From positions 1 through 13,743 of the forward strand of contig JANMIX010000472.1 of NCBI GenBank assembly GCA_031376015.1: a stretch of 13,743 nucleotides of DNA, read 5' to 3'. Positions 1 to 7,526 of the stretch are shown piece after piece (position 1 is the stretch's first letter; each line of letters begins with the position of its first letter). Under the pieces are notes generated by a model. That model was not told where the DNA came from, did not search any database, and was given only the letters and a program-made list of their open reading frames with translations. A program made the translations under genes and the position numbers. Origin of the DNA: Acidimicrobiia bacterium. Lineage in GTDB: Bacteria; Actinomycetota; Acidimicrobiia; Acidimicrobiales; JACDCH01.

Positions 1-1
1 G

Positions 2-361
2 ATCGAGCGGGTCCTGTCCACGCCCCGCGGTCACGCCATGCTGCGCAACGTGTTCGGGCACGTGGTGTCGACCGCCGAGCTGGAGGCCACCCGCGACTGG
101 TTGGTGAGCACCCCCCGGGCGGTGCGGGCCGACTTCCTCACCTCGATGAACGCCATGGATCTGCGCCCGGGGCTCGCCAACCTCGATGTTCCGACCACGG
201 TCGTGATCGGTTCGCGCGACACGGTGACGCCGCCCAAGCTGGGCCGGGCCATGGCCGCGGCCATCCCCGGCGCCACCGTCGTCACCGCCGCCCACAAGGG
301 CCACATGCTCCCCTTCGAGTACGCCCAGGAACTCGCCGACCTCATCGTCGCCGTTCCCTGA
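2..361 (+). CDS. alpha/beta-fold hydrolase, C-terminal fragment (5' end outside window)
   Basis: The open frame runs from the window edge (no stop between nt 2 and 361; the track's first Met is at 38) to a TGA at 359-361. The C-terminal sequence ...VVIGSRDTVTPPKLGRAMAAAIPGATVVTAAHKGHMLPFEYAQELADLIV is typical of the C-terminal lid and histidine region of alpha/beta hydrolases, with H in the HKGHM context. Family assignment is from pattern recognition only. Confidence 0.55.
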   Translation: MERVLSTPRGHAMLRNVFGHVVSTAELEATRDWLVSTPRAVRADFLTSMNAMDLRPGLANLDVPTTVVIGSRDTVTPPKLGRAMAAAIPGATVVTAAHKGHMLPFEYAQELADLIVAVP

Positions 362-379
362 GGCCCGGTTCCTCGGGCC
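362..379 (+). terminator. GC-rich hairpin immediately after the hydrolase stop (possible intrinsic terminator without U-tract)
   Basis: GGCCCG (362-367), loop GTTCCT, CGGGCC (374-379). This is a 6-bp all-GC stem 1 nt after TGA 359-361. No T-run follows, which is common in high-GC actinobacteria. Confidence 0.3.
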
Positions 380-489
380 CGATCCCTGCAGCCCGGTTTC
401 CTCGATCCGGTCGGGGTGCGTTCCTGCAGTCACGCCACTTGAATCTGCGTACGCTCCGCCCTACGGGCAGGTCCGGATCCTCCGGATCG
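364..489. promoter_or_regulatory. flotillin upstream region with two sets of direct repeats
   Basis: CCCGGTTCCTCG (364-375) and CCCGGTTTCCTCG (392-404) are each followed by (T)TCCTGCAG. A tandem TCCGGATCC/TCCGGATCG (472-489) lies ~10 nt upstream of the flotillin start. These are candidate operator or promoter elements. Confidence 0.3.
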
Positions 490-497
490 GAAAGTGG

Positions 498-2543
498 GTG
501 GGGGTGGATGCCATCGCGGTGATCGTGTTGGTGGTGCTGGTGCTGGTGGTGTTCGTGGTCCTGCGCTCGGTGCACCGGATCGGCCCCGCGCAGATCGGGC
601 TGGTCAACAAGAACCTCGGGTTCAAGAAGCTGCAGGACGACAACCCGATCGCGTTCAACGGCGAGGCCGGCTACCAGGCGGTCCTGCTGATGCCGGGCCT
701 GCGCTTCAAGCTCTGGCCGGTGTTCGCGGTGACCAAGTTCCCCTGGGTCCAGGTGCCCGCCGGCGAGACCGGCGTCGTCATCAGCCAGGTGGGCAAGGCA
801 CTGCCGATCGGGAACAAGAGCGCCCGCTACCAGGCGTCGTTCGGCAACTTCTCCAACGTCACCGCCTTCCTGCAGGGCGAAGGGGAGAAGGGCGTGCAGC
901 GCCCGGTGCTGCCGCCCGGCACGTTGGTGCCCATCCACCCAGTGGCGTTCCTGGTGATCACCTCCAGGGAGGTCTTCGGTCTGCCGGTGTCGCCCGAGCT
1001 CGGGCACCTGGCGGCGGGCAACCCGCGATTGGCGCCACAGTCCTTCGGCCTGGATCCCACCCAGCTCGGGATCGTGGTCATCGCGCCGCAGGGCGAAACC
1101 GACGTACTCGGTCTGGTCACCACCCTCGAAGGAGCGCCCCTCGACAAGGGCGACATCGCCAGCCGTCTCGGCGGCTTCGACGAAGTGCAACAGCGTGAAT
1201 CGGGTGGGGCCACCGACGCCGAGCTGATCGACCTGTTGCTCGGCTCCAAGAACGATCAGCACAACAACTACCAGGACTTCCAGGCCTTCATCGATGCCGG
1301 TGGCCGCATCGGCCTGCAACACGACCCACTGCTGTACGGCGCCTACCTGCTGAACCCGTTCCTGGTGCGGGTCGAGCTCGTGCCCATGCTGGTGGTGAAC
1401 CAGGGCGAGGTGGCCGTGGTCAAGGGATTCGTGGGCATGCCCACGCTGGACACCTCCGGTGTGGAGTTCAAATTCGGGTCGATCGTGCGCCCGGGCCATC
1501 GCGGGATCTGGCAGGAGCCGTTGCGCACCGGCAAGTACGCGATCAACCCCCGCGTCTACGCGGCCGAGATCGTTCCGACGTTCATCCTCACCCTCAACTG
1601 GGCCAACGCCACGAGCCAGGCACATGACCTCGACGCCCGGCTGGAATCCATCGTGGGCAAGAGCCGCGAGGGCTTCGTGTTCACCATCGACCTGCAGGTG
1701 CAGATCCACGTGTCCGACACCAAGGCGCCCAAGGTCATCTCCATGGTGGGAACCATGATCAACCTGGTGAACGAGGTGTTGCAGTCGGCGGTGGGTAACC
1801 ACTTCCGCAACACCCTCCAGGAGCTCGAGGCCGTGCGGTTCATCGAGACCCGCCAGGAAGTGCAGCGCACCGCCTTCACCGCCATCAGCGAGTACCTGGC
1901 CGCCTACGACGTGGAGACCCGTGGCGTGTACATCCAGGACGTGATCTTCCCGCCCGAGCTCGTCGAGGTCCTGACCCGGCGCGAGATCGCCAACCAGGAG
2001 CGCACGACCTACATCGAACAGCAGAAGGCCGAGACCGCCCGCATCGAGGTGGAAAAGGCCCGGGGCACAGCCAACATGCAGGCGGAACTGGCCAGCGCCG
2101 CGGTGTCGGTCGACATCAGCACCAACCAGGCCAAGGCCCGCGAAGCCGAGGCCGGCGGCGAGGCCGCCTACGTGCGCCTCACCGGCCAGGCCGAAGCCGA
2201 CAAGACCCAGGCCATCGGTCTGGCCCAGGCCAAGGCCACCGAGGCGCTGGGTCTGGCCAAGGCCGCCGGTTACGACGCCCAACGCGTCGCCATCGGCGAG
2301 ACGGCCACGGCGCTGGTGGCGGTGGCCGGGGCGGTGGCCGAGGGTCAGATCGACATCATGCCCGAGGTGCTCGTCACCGGAGGCGGCGGTGCCCTCGACG
2401 GGTTGGCCGCGGTGTTGATGAACGCGTTGCGCCGGCCAGGTGGGCTCTCGAACGGCCTGGGCGGCGGCGGTGAGGACGCGGAGACCTTCGAGGAGGACCA
2501 GGCCGGCGCCACGCGGGGTGAGCCGGCAATGGTCGACCCCTGA
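498..2543 (+). CDS. flotillin-like SPFH/band-7 domain membrane protein (YqiK/FloT family)
   Basis: 681-aa ORF. The N-terminus is a hydrophobic helix (AIAVIVLVVLVLVVFVVL) followed by an SPFH-like region. A long Ala/Glu/Gln/Lys-rich coiled-coil (EAEAGGEAAYVRLTGQAEADKTQAIGLAQAKATEALGLAKAAGYDAQ) matches the flotillin EA-repeat region, and there is a Gly-rich acidic tail. The start is ambiguous among GTGs at 498, 504 and 519 (GGAAAG at 489-494 as a possible SD). Confidence 0.8.
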   Translation: MGVDAIAVIVLVVLVLVVFVVLRSVHRIGPAQIGLVNKNLGFKKLQDDNPIAFNGEAGYQAVLLMPGLRFKLWPVFAVTKFPWVQVPAGETGVVISQVGKALPIGNKSARYQASFGNFSNVTAFLQGEGEKGVQRPVLPPGTLVPIHPVAFLVITSREVFGLPVSPELGHLAAGNPRLAPQSFGLDPTQLGIVVIAPQGETDVLGLVTTLEGAPLDKGDIASRLGGFDEVQQRESGGATDAELIDLLLGSKNDQHNNYQDFQAFIDAGGRIGLQHDPLLYGAYLLNPFLVRVELVPMLVVNQGEVAVVKGFVGMPTLDTSGVEFKFGSIVRPGHRGIWQEPLRTGKYAINPRVYAAEIVPTFILTLNWANATSQAHDLDARLESIVGKSREGFVFTIDLQVQIHVSDTKAPKVISMVGTMINLVNEVLQSAVGNHFRNTLQELEAVRFIETRQEVQRTAFTAISEYLAAYDVETRGVYIQDVIFPPELVEVLTRREIANQERTTYIEQQKAETARIEVEKARGTANMQAELASAAVSVDISTNQAKAREAEAGGEAAYVRLTGQAEADKTQAIGLAQAKATEALGLAKAAGYDAQRVAIGETATALVAVAGAVAEGQIDIMPEVLVTGGGGALDGLAAVLMNALRRPGGLSNGLGGGGEDAETFEEDQAGATRGEPAMVDP

Positions 2544-2566
2544 GCCGGACCCGCCAGAATCCTTCC

Positions 2567-3382
2567 GTGCAGTTCGCCGACGTCCTCCATCTCGACACCC
2601 ATGGCACCGACACCTTCATGGGTCGCGGGCCTCGCTACCCGTGGGGCGGTCTCTACGGTGGCCAGATCGTGGCCCAGGCGCTGCAGGCGGCCACGCTCAC
2701 CGTCGAGGACCGCTACCGCGTCCACTCGCTGCACGCCTACTTCGTGCGCCGGGGCGATCACACCGAGCCCATCCGCTTCGAGGTCGACCGGGTGCGCAAC
2801 GGCCGTAGCTTCACCACCCGCAACGTGATCGCCCGCCAGGCGGTGGGCGCCATCCTCTCGCTGTCGGCCAGCTTCTGCATCGACGAAGAAGGGCCCGAGG
2901 TGCAGACGGTGGTCATGCCCGACGTGCCGCCACCCGACGGGCTGCCCTCGGAGGTCTGGTCGGAGATGTTCGACCGGCGCTGGGTGCCCGGCGGGCGCCG
3001 GCAGGGTCGGGCCCTGGCCTGGATGCGCATGACACAGGCCGTCGGCGACGGCTCCGGCGCACAGGCCGTGGCCTTGGCCTATCTGTCCGACGATCTGCCG
3101 ACCGACGCCGTCGCCACGCTGTTCCCCGGTGCTCCGTCGCTGGAGGAGTTCGAGGGTGCCTTCTGGAGCGCAAGCCTCGATCACGCCATCTGGTTCCACC
3201 GTCCGCTGCGCGCCGAGGACTGGCACCTGCACGAGTTCAACTGCCACGGGATGCTCGGCTCGCGCGGTCTGTCCATCGGCAACGTCTTCACCGCCGCCGG
3301 CGTGCACGTGGCCACCATCACCCAGGAGGTGTTGCTGCGCGACGCCCGGGGGCATCGAGGCGGGCAAGCTCCTCCGGGCTGA
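2567..3382 (+). CDS. tesB: acyl-CoA thioesterase II (TesB family, double hot-dog)
   Basis: 271-aa ORF 23 nt downstream of the flotillin stop. Conserved TesB blocks are present: GGLYGGQIVAQAL near the N-terminus, LHAYFVRRGD...IRFEVDRVRNGRSFTTRNV, and C-terminal ...GNVFTAAGVHVATITQEVLL. The length is close to E. coli TesB (286 aa). Confidence 0.85.
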   Translation: MQFADVLHLDTHGTDTFMGRGPRYPWGGLYGGQIVAQALQAATLTVEDRYRVHSLHAYFVRRGDHTEPIRFEVDRVRNGRSFTTRNVIARQAVGAILSLSASFCIDEEGPEVQTVVMPDVPPPDGLPSEVWSEMFDRRWVPGGRRQGRALAWMRMTQAVGDGSGAQAVALAYLSDDLPTDAVATLFPGAPSLEEFEGAFWSASLDHAIWFHRPLRAEDWHLHEFNCHGMLGSRGLSIGNVFTAAGVHVATITQEVLLRDARGHRGGQAPPG

Positions 3383-4127
3383 ACCCGGCCTCGGCCCGAG
3401 CGGCCAGGTTCAGGGGAGGCGGCACCCGTACCCCGTGCTCGGCCAGCAGCGCCGCGAAGGTCGGTTGGGGATCAAGGCCGCGTTGCTCGCAAAGGAAGAC
3501 AAACCAGCGCGAACCGACGGCGACATGACCGATCTCGTCGGCCAGGATGCGCCGCAGGATGGCCGCGGTCGTGAGGTCGCCCACGGCCTCCAGCCGGCTG
3601 ATCATGCCGGGGGTGACGTCGAGCCCCCGGGCCTCGAGCACGCGAGGCACCAGCGCCATGCGCACCAGCGGGTCCTCGGCCGATCGCACCGCCGCCTGCC
3701 ACAACCCGTCGTGCGCGGGGAGGTCGCCGTAGGCCGCGCCGAGCTCGCGCAGGCGCGTACACAACAGCGCGCAGTGGGTGGCCTCCTCGGCCGCCACCGC
3801 GGCCCAGTCCCGGCGGAACTGCGCCGGCATCGAGGTGAACCGCTGCACCGCGTCGAGTGCCAGGTTGACGGCATTCGCCTCGATGTGAGCCACCGCGTGG
3901 ACCAACGCGACGCGGCCGGCGAGGGTGCCGAGGCCGCGGCGGGGCACTGCGGAGGGAGACACCAGCACCGGTCGGGCGGGTCGCGCAACGGCGGTGACCG
4001 GCACCGGGTGGTGGGCGGCGAGACCGGCGTCGGCGTCGAATTGTTCGAGCGCATGTGCCATCGCCAGTTTGCGGAAGAGGTCCACCTCGACCAGCGCGCC
4101 GGCCGCCGCCGCCGCCAGGCCCGTCAA
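3318..4127 (-). CDS. DUF455-type ferritin-like (putative diiron-carboxylate) protein
   Basis: 269-aa ORF. Two ExxH motifs (AEEATH and ADEIGH) plus an upstream HIEANAVNLALDAV block match the DUF455/ferritin-like superfamily pattern. Its 3' end overlaps the convergent tesB 3' end by 65 nt. Specific function unknown. Confidence 0.65.
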   Translation of the reverse strand: MTGLAAAAAGALVEVDLFRKLAMAHALEQFDADAGLAAHHPVPVTAVARPARPVLVSPSAVPRRGLGTLAGRVALVHAVAHIEANAVNLALDAVQRFTSMPAQFRRDWAAVAAEEATHCALLCTRLRELGAAYGDLPAHDGLWQAAVRSAEDPLVRMALVPRVLEARGLDVTPGMISRLEAVGDLTTAAILRRILADEIGHVAVGSRWFVFLCEQRGLDPQPTFAALLAEHGVRVPPPLNLAARAEAGFSPEELARLDAPGRRAATPPG

Positions 4128-4175
4128 GAAATTCTGCTCACAGCGTGGGGCGATCGCCGTCCGCCATGGGCTCGG

Positions 4176-4637
4176 TCACGGCAGGGAGAAATCGCGGTTC
4201 GGCTTGGCGGGCGGTGGCACGAACCCCGGGCCGGGCCGCCAACCGGACTCGGCCAGATCCTCGAGCACGTGGGCCATGTTTAGCGTGTCCTCGTCGTAGT
4301 CGAACTTGCCGTCGCCCGCGTACCGCAAGCGGGTCCAACCCGTTTGGCGGTGCCCTGAAGGCAAGACCTGCAGCCACTTGATGACCACGTTGTTGCCGTC
4401 GACGGCGGTGAATTCGATGGGGAAACGCCAGTCCTCCAGACCCGTCATGCTTTCCACGAAGAACTCGCGGATGGCGTCGATGCCCTCCACCCTCCCCCAG
4501 GCCGGGTCGATGTAGACCGCGTCATCGGTGAAGAAGGGGGCCAGGTCGCTCCAGGTGGCCGATCCGCCTTCGATGAGTAGGCGGGTTTCCACGTAGCGCG
4601 CGAGGGCGGCACGGACTTCCTCCTCGGAATGATTCAT
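4176..4637 (-). CDS. NTF2-like / SnoaL-like domain protein
   Basis: Starts MNHSEEEVRAALARYVETRLLIEGGSATWSDLAPFFTDDAVYIDPAWGRVEGIDAIREFF, the canonical layout of SnoaL/ketosteroid-isomerase-like NTF2-fold proteins. ATG at 4635-4637 is preferred; the track ORF extends to a GTG at 4655 (MARFRTM...). It lies 48 nt upstream of the DUF455 gene on the same strand, a likely two-gene unit. Confidence 0.6.
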   Translation of the reverse strand: MNHSEEEVRAALARYVETRLLIEGGSATWSDLAPFFTDDAVYIDPAWGRVEGIDAIREFFVESMTGLEDWRFPIEFTAVDGNNVVIKWLQVLPSGHRQTGWTRLRYAGDGKFDYDEDTLNMAHVLEDLAESGWRPGPGFVPPPAKPNRDFSLP

Positions 4638-4667
4638 TGTCCGGAATCGTGCCACAAACCGCTCATT

Positions 4668-4683
4668 GCGGCGCCGGCGCCGC
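4668..4683. promoter_or_regulatory. 16-bp perfect palindrome GCGGCGCCGGCGCCGC in the divergent NTF2-like / PAS-dGGDEF intergenic region
   Basis: Read directly: g4668...c4683 is its own reverse complement. It lies between the minus-strand start at 4637 and the plus-strand ATG at 4697. Confidence 0.35.
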
Positions 4684-4696
4684 CGACGAGTTTCGT

Positions 4697-5566
4697 ATGG
4701 ATCGACGCGGGCTGGAGCTGGCGGTTGCGGCGGTGCCCGTGGCCATGATGGTGCTCGACACGAGCGGGCGGTGTGTCAACGCGAGCGACCGCTACCGCGA
4801 GCTGATGGGCACGAACCCGTTGGGCCACTCGTGGCTCACCGCGGTGGAGTCGGGAGATCGTCCGGAGGTGGTCTCGGCCCTCGCCCGAGTGCGTGACACC
4901 CGCAAGCTGGCCACCGTGCGATGCCGCATCGGCGCACCCGATCGGTGGGTCGAACTGGCGGTGCAACCCTTGGTGGACGAGAAGGGACGTTGGTACGGCT
5001 CTTCCGCGGTGGCCACGGTGGAGTTGGGTACGCCGCTGCTGCTGGCCTTGGACGACCGCAGCGACCCCCTCACCGGTGCCGCCAATCGCGAGGCCGTGGT
5101 CGCCCATCTCGAGAGCCTGCTCGACCTCGGCCCCGACATGGCCCCCACCTCGGTCGGGGTGGTGCTGGTCGATCTCGACAACTTCAAGTCCGTCAACGAA
5201 CGCCTCGGTCGGGCCGCGGGCGACGAACTGCTGGGTGCCGTGGCGGGCCGCCTGCGTGGTGCGGTGCGCTTCTGCGACCTGGTCGGGCGGCTCGAGGCCG
5301 ACCGGTTCCTGCTGGTGACCGAACAGGACGACGATCCCATGGCGGCCGAGAAGGTCGCCGAACGGGTCCTTGCGGTGCTGAATCGGCCCTTCCGCTTGCG
5401 CGGCGCCAATGTTCGGCTCGACGGTTCGCTCGGCATCGCGATCGGTGACCGAACCGACTCGGCCGCCGACCTTCTCCGCCGGGCCGGTGAGGCGTCGTTA
5501 CTGGCCAAGACGGCCGGTGGCGGTTGCTGGCGCCGGGCCAACAGCCTGCGCCTCCTCATGGGCTGA
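4697..5566 (+). CDS. PAS-domain protein with degenerate GGDEF domain (A-site EADRF, I-site RxxD retained)
   Basis: The N-terminal ~110 aa are PAS-like (LELAVAAVPVAMMVLDTSGRCVNASDRYRELMG...). The C-terminal GGDEF fold carries DPLTGAANR, VLVDLDNFKSVNERLGRAAGDE and RFCD-LV-GRLEADRF, where canonical RYGG(D/E)EF is replaced by RLEADRF (nt 5285-5308). The RxxD I-site (RFCD, nt 5267-5278) is intact. ATG 4697 is preferred over the track's TTG 4637, which would overlap the divergent NTF2-like gene. Confidence 0.8.
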   Translation: MDRRGLELAVAAVPVAMMVLDTSGRCVNASDRYRELMGTNPLGHSWLTAVESGDRPEVVSALARVRDTRKLATVRCRIGAPDRWVELAVQPLVDEKGRWYGSSAVATVELGTPLLLALDDRSDPLTGAANREAVVAHLESLLDLGPDMAPTSVGVVLVDLDNFKSVNERLGRAAGDELLGAVAGRLRGAVRFCDLVGRLEADRFLLVTEQDDDPMAAEKVAERVLAVLNRPFRLRGANVRLDGSLGIAIGDRTDSAADLLRRAGEASLLAKTAGGGCWRRANSLRLLMG

Positions 5567-5587
5567 ACAGAGGACGGCCCGCACCAC

Positions 5588-5597
5588 CCTGATCAGG
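5588..5597. promoter_or_regulatory. 10-bp perfect palindrome CCTGATCAGG upstream of the amine oxidase gene
   Basis: In the 61-nt gap between the dGGDEF stop (5566) and the oxidase ATG (5628). A related half-site GGTCAGG follows 9 nt later (5607-5613). Confidence 0.3.
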
Positions 5598-5627
5598 CGG
5601 AGGCGTGGTCAGGTACCGTCGGCATCG

Positions 5628-7526
5628 ATGACCCACGCCCTCGAACCACTCACCGCCGAGGAGATCATCGCCGCCTCGTCCGCCGTGCGCGCCGCGGGGG
5701 CGCTGCCCGAGGGGGCGCTGATCGCTCACATCGTGCTCGACGAGCCGGCCAAGGACGCCCTGGATAGCGCCGGCCGCCGGGCGGTGGTGAGCGTGGTGCC
5801 ACCGGGTGCACTCGCCGTCGTCGACCACACCATCGATCTGGCCGCGGGCACGGTGCTGGGTTCGATCATCCACGACGGTGCGCACTCGGCGCTGCTCTTC
5901 GACGAGTCCTTCAAGGCGGTCATCGCCCTGCACGAGAGCGACGCCTTCAAGGAACTGATGGCCAAGCGTGGGATCACCGACCTGCAACAAGTGCAGATCG
6001 ACCCGTGGCCGGCGGGAACGTTCGGTTTCGACTACGAGGAGGGCCGGCGCATCAGCCGGTCGATCATCTACTTCCGCGAGTCCCCGGCCGACAACGGCTA
6101 TGCCCGGCCGGTCGAGGGTGTGATGGCGGTCATCGACGGCCCGACCGGCGAGCTGCTCGACCTGGTCGACCTGGGCGTCGTGCCGATCCCCGCCGACAAG
6201 GGTTCGTACTTCCCGGCCGATCGCGCCCCGCTCCGGGAGGATCTTAGGCCCGTCTCGATCACCCAACCCGAGGGGGTCAGCTTCACCCTCGACGGTTACC
6301 ACCTGCGCTGGCAGCGCTGGTCGTTGCGCATTGGCTTCGATCCCTACGAAGGCCTCGTGCTGCATCAGATCGGCTTCGACGACCCGAACCGGGGAGGACA
6401 GACACGTCCCATCGTGCATCGCGCCTCGGTGGCCGAGATGGTCGTGCCCTATGGCGATCCGGGGCCGATGCACGGGTGGAAGAACGCGTTCGATGTGGGG
6501 GAGTGGGGCCTGGGACGCATGGCCAATTCGCTGTCGTTGGGCTGCGACTGCCTGGGTGAGATCACCTACCTCGACGGGGTCATGTCCGACGAGGCCGGGA
6601 ACCCCTGGGTCGTCCCCAACGCCATCTGCCTCCACGAGGAGGATTTCGGCATCCTCTGGAAGCACACCGACCTGCATGCCGGCACCACCGAGGTCCGCCG
6701 CCAGCGCCGGATGGTGATCTCCATGATCGCCACCGTGGGCAATTACGAGTACGGCTTCTACTGGTACCTGTACCTCGACGGCACCATCGAACTCGAGGTG
6801 AAGCTCACCGGCATCATGTCCACCATGGCGGTGGACCCCGCCGGCCCGCCACCCACCCATGCCGGAATGGTGACCGCCGACCTGGCGGCGCCGCATCACC
6901 AGCACCTGTTCTGCGCGCGCCTCGACATGGACGTGGACGGGACCCACAACGAGGTGCACGAAGTCGACGTGCTGGCCGATCCGCCGGGGCCCGACAACCC
7001 GTGGGCCAATGCATTCCGTCCCCACGCCACGCTCCTGGCCGATGAGGCGACCGCCCGCCGCAACGTCGACCCGTCCCGCAGCCGGACCTGGAAGATCCTG
7101 AACCCCGACGTGCGCAACGCCGCCGGCCAGCCGGTGGCCTACAAGTTGCTCCCCGGTTCGACACCCACCCTGCTGGCCGATCCGACCTCATCGGTGGGCC
7201 GGCGGGCCGAGTTCGCCCGACACAACCTGTGGGTCACGCCGTATGACCCCGCGCAGCGGCGGCCGGCCGGCGACTTCCCCAACCAGTCCTCCGGAGGCGA
7301 CGGCCTGCCGGCCTTCACCGCCGGCAACCGCAGCCTGGTCGGCACCGATGTGGTGCTCTGGTACAGCTTCGGGGTCACGCATGTGCCCCGGCCGGAGGAC
7401 TGGCCGGTGATGCCGGTCGAGCGCGCCGGCTTCTCCCTGGTGCCCTTCGGGTTCTTCGATCGGAACCCGACCCTCGACGTGCCGCCGCCCGCGGGCCACG
7501 GTGAAGGAGATCACTGTCATGCCTGA
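5628..7526 (+). CDS. copper-containing primary-amine oxidase (topaquinone enzyme, AGAO-like, cytoplasmic)
   Basis: 633 aa from ATG 5628 (the track ORF starts at 5409 but its first 73 codons overlap the upstream gene). The TPQ consensus T-x-x-N-Y-E-Y is present (ATVGNYEYGFYWYLYLDGTIELEVK, Tyr codon 6744-6746). Copper His ligands HHQH (AAPHHQHLFCARLD) and VTHVPRPEDWPVMPV are present. Block-by-block similarity to Arthrobacter globiformis phenylethylamine oxidase includes PVSITQPEGVSFTL, RASVAEMVVPYGDPGP and ICLHEEDFGILWKH. No signal peptide. Confidence 0.95.
   Translation: MTHALEPLTAEEIIAASSAVRAAGALPEGALIAHIVLDEPAKDALDSAGRRAVVSVVPPGALAVVDHTIDLAAGTVLGSIIHDGAHSALLFDESFKAVIALHESDAFKELMAKRGITDLQQVQIDPWPAGTFGFDYEEGRRISRSIIYFRESPADNGYARPVEGVMAVIDGPTGELLDLVDLGVVPIPADKGSYFPADRAPLREDLRPVSITQPEGVSFTLDGYHLRWQRWSLRIGFDPYEGLVLHQIGFDDPNRGGQTRPIVHRASVAEMVVPYGDPGPMHGWKNAFDVGEWGLGRMANSLSLGCDCLGEITYLDGVMSDEAGNPWVVPNAICLHEEDFGILWKHTDLHAGTTEVRRQRRMVISMIATVGNYEYGFYWYLYLDGTIELEVKLTGIMSTMAVDPAGPPPTHAGMVTADLAAPHHQHLFCARLDMDVDGTHNEVHEVDVLADPPGPDNPWANAFRPHATLLADEATARRNVDPSRSRTWKILNPDVRNAAGQPVAYKLLPGSTPTLLADPTSSVGRRAEFARHNLWVTPYDPAQRRPAGDFPNQSSGGDGLPAFTAGNRSLVGTDVVLWYSFGVTHVPRPEDWPVMPVERAGFSLVPFGFFDRNPTLDVPPPAGHGEGDHCHA

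Noticed and set aside
342-2282. 646-aa minus-strand ORF antisense to the flotillin gene
   Set aside because: The translation is low-complexity G/L/H/R/D-rich with no domain-like segments. It fully overlaps a strongly supported SPFH/flotillin CDS. This is a typical high-GC antisense open frame.
2345-4283. Long ORFs 2345..3367 (-) and 3129..4283 (+)
   Set aside because: Each is antisense to a motif-supported gene (tesB, DUF455) and has arginine/glycine-dominated composition.
5409-5627. 5' extension of the amine oxidase ORF (track start 5409)
   Set aside because: Its first 73 codons overlap the 3' end of the dGGDEF gene in another frame and encode R/P/A-rich sequence. The conserved oxidase N-terminus begins at ATG 5628.
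5556-7025. 489-aa minus-strand ORF antisense to the copper amine oxidase
   Set aside because: The oxidase on the plus strand has unambiguous TPQ and copper-ligand motifs. The antisense translation is R/G/H/V-rich noise.
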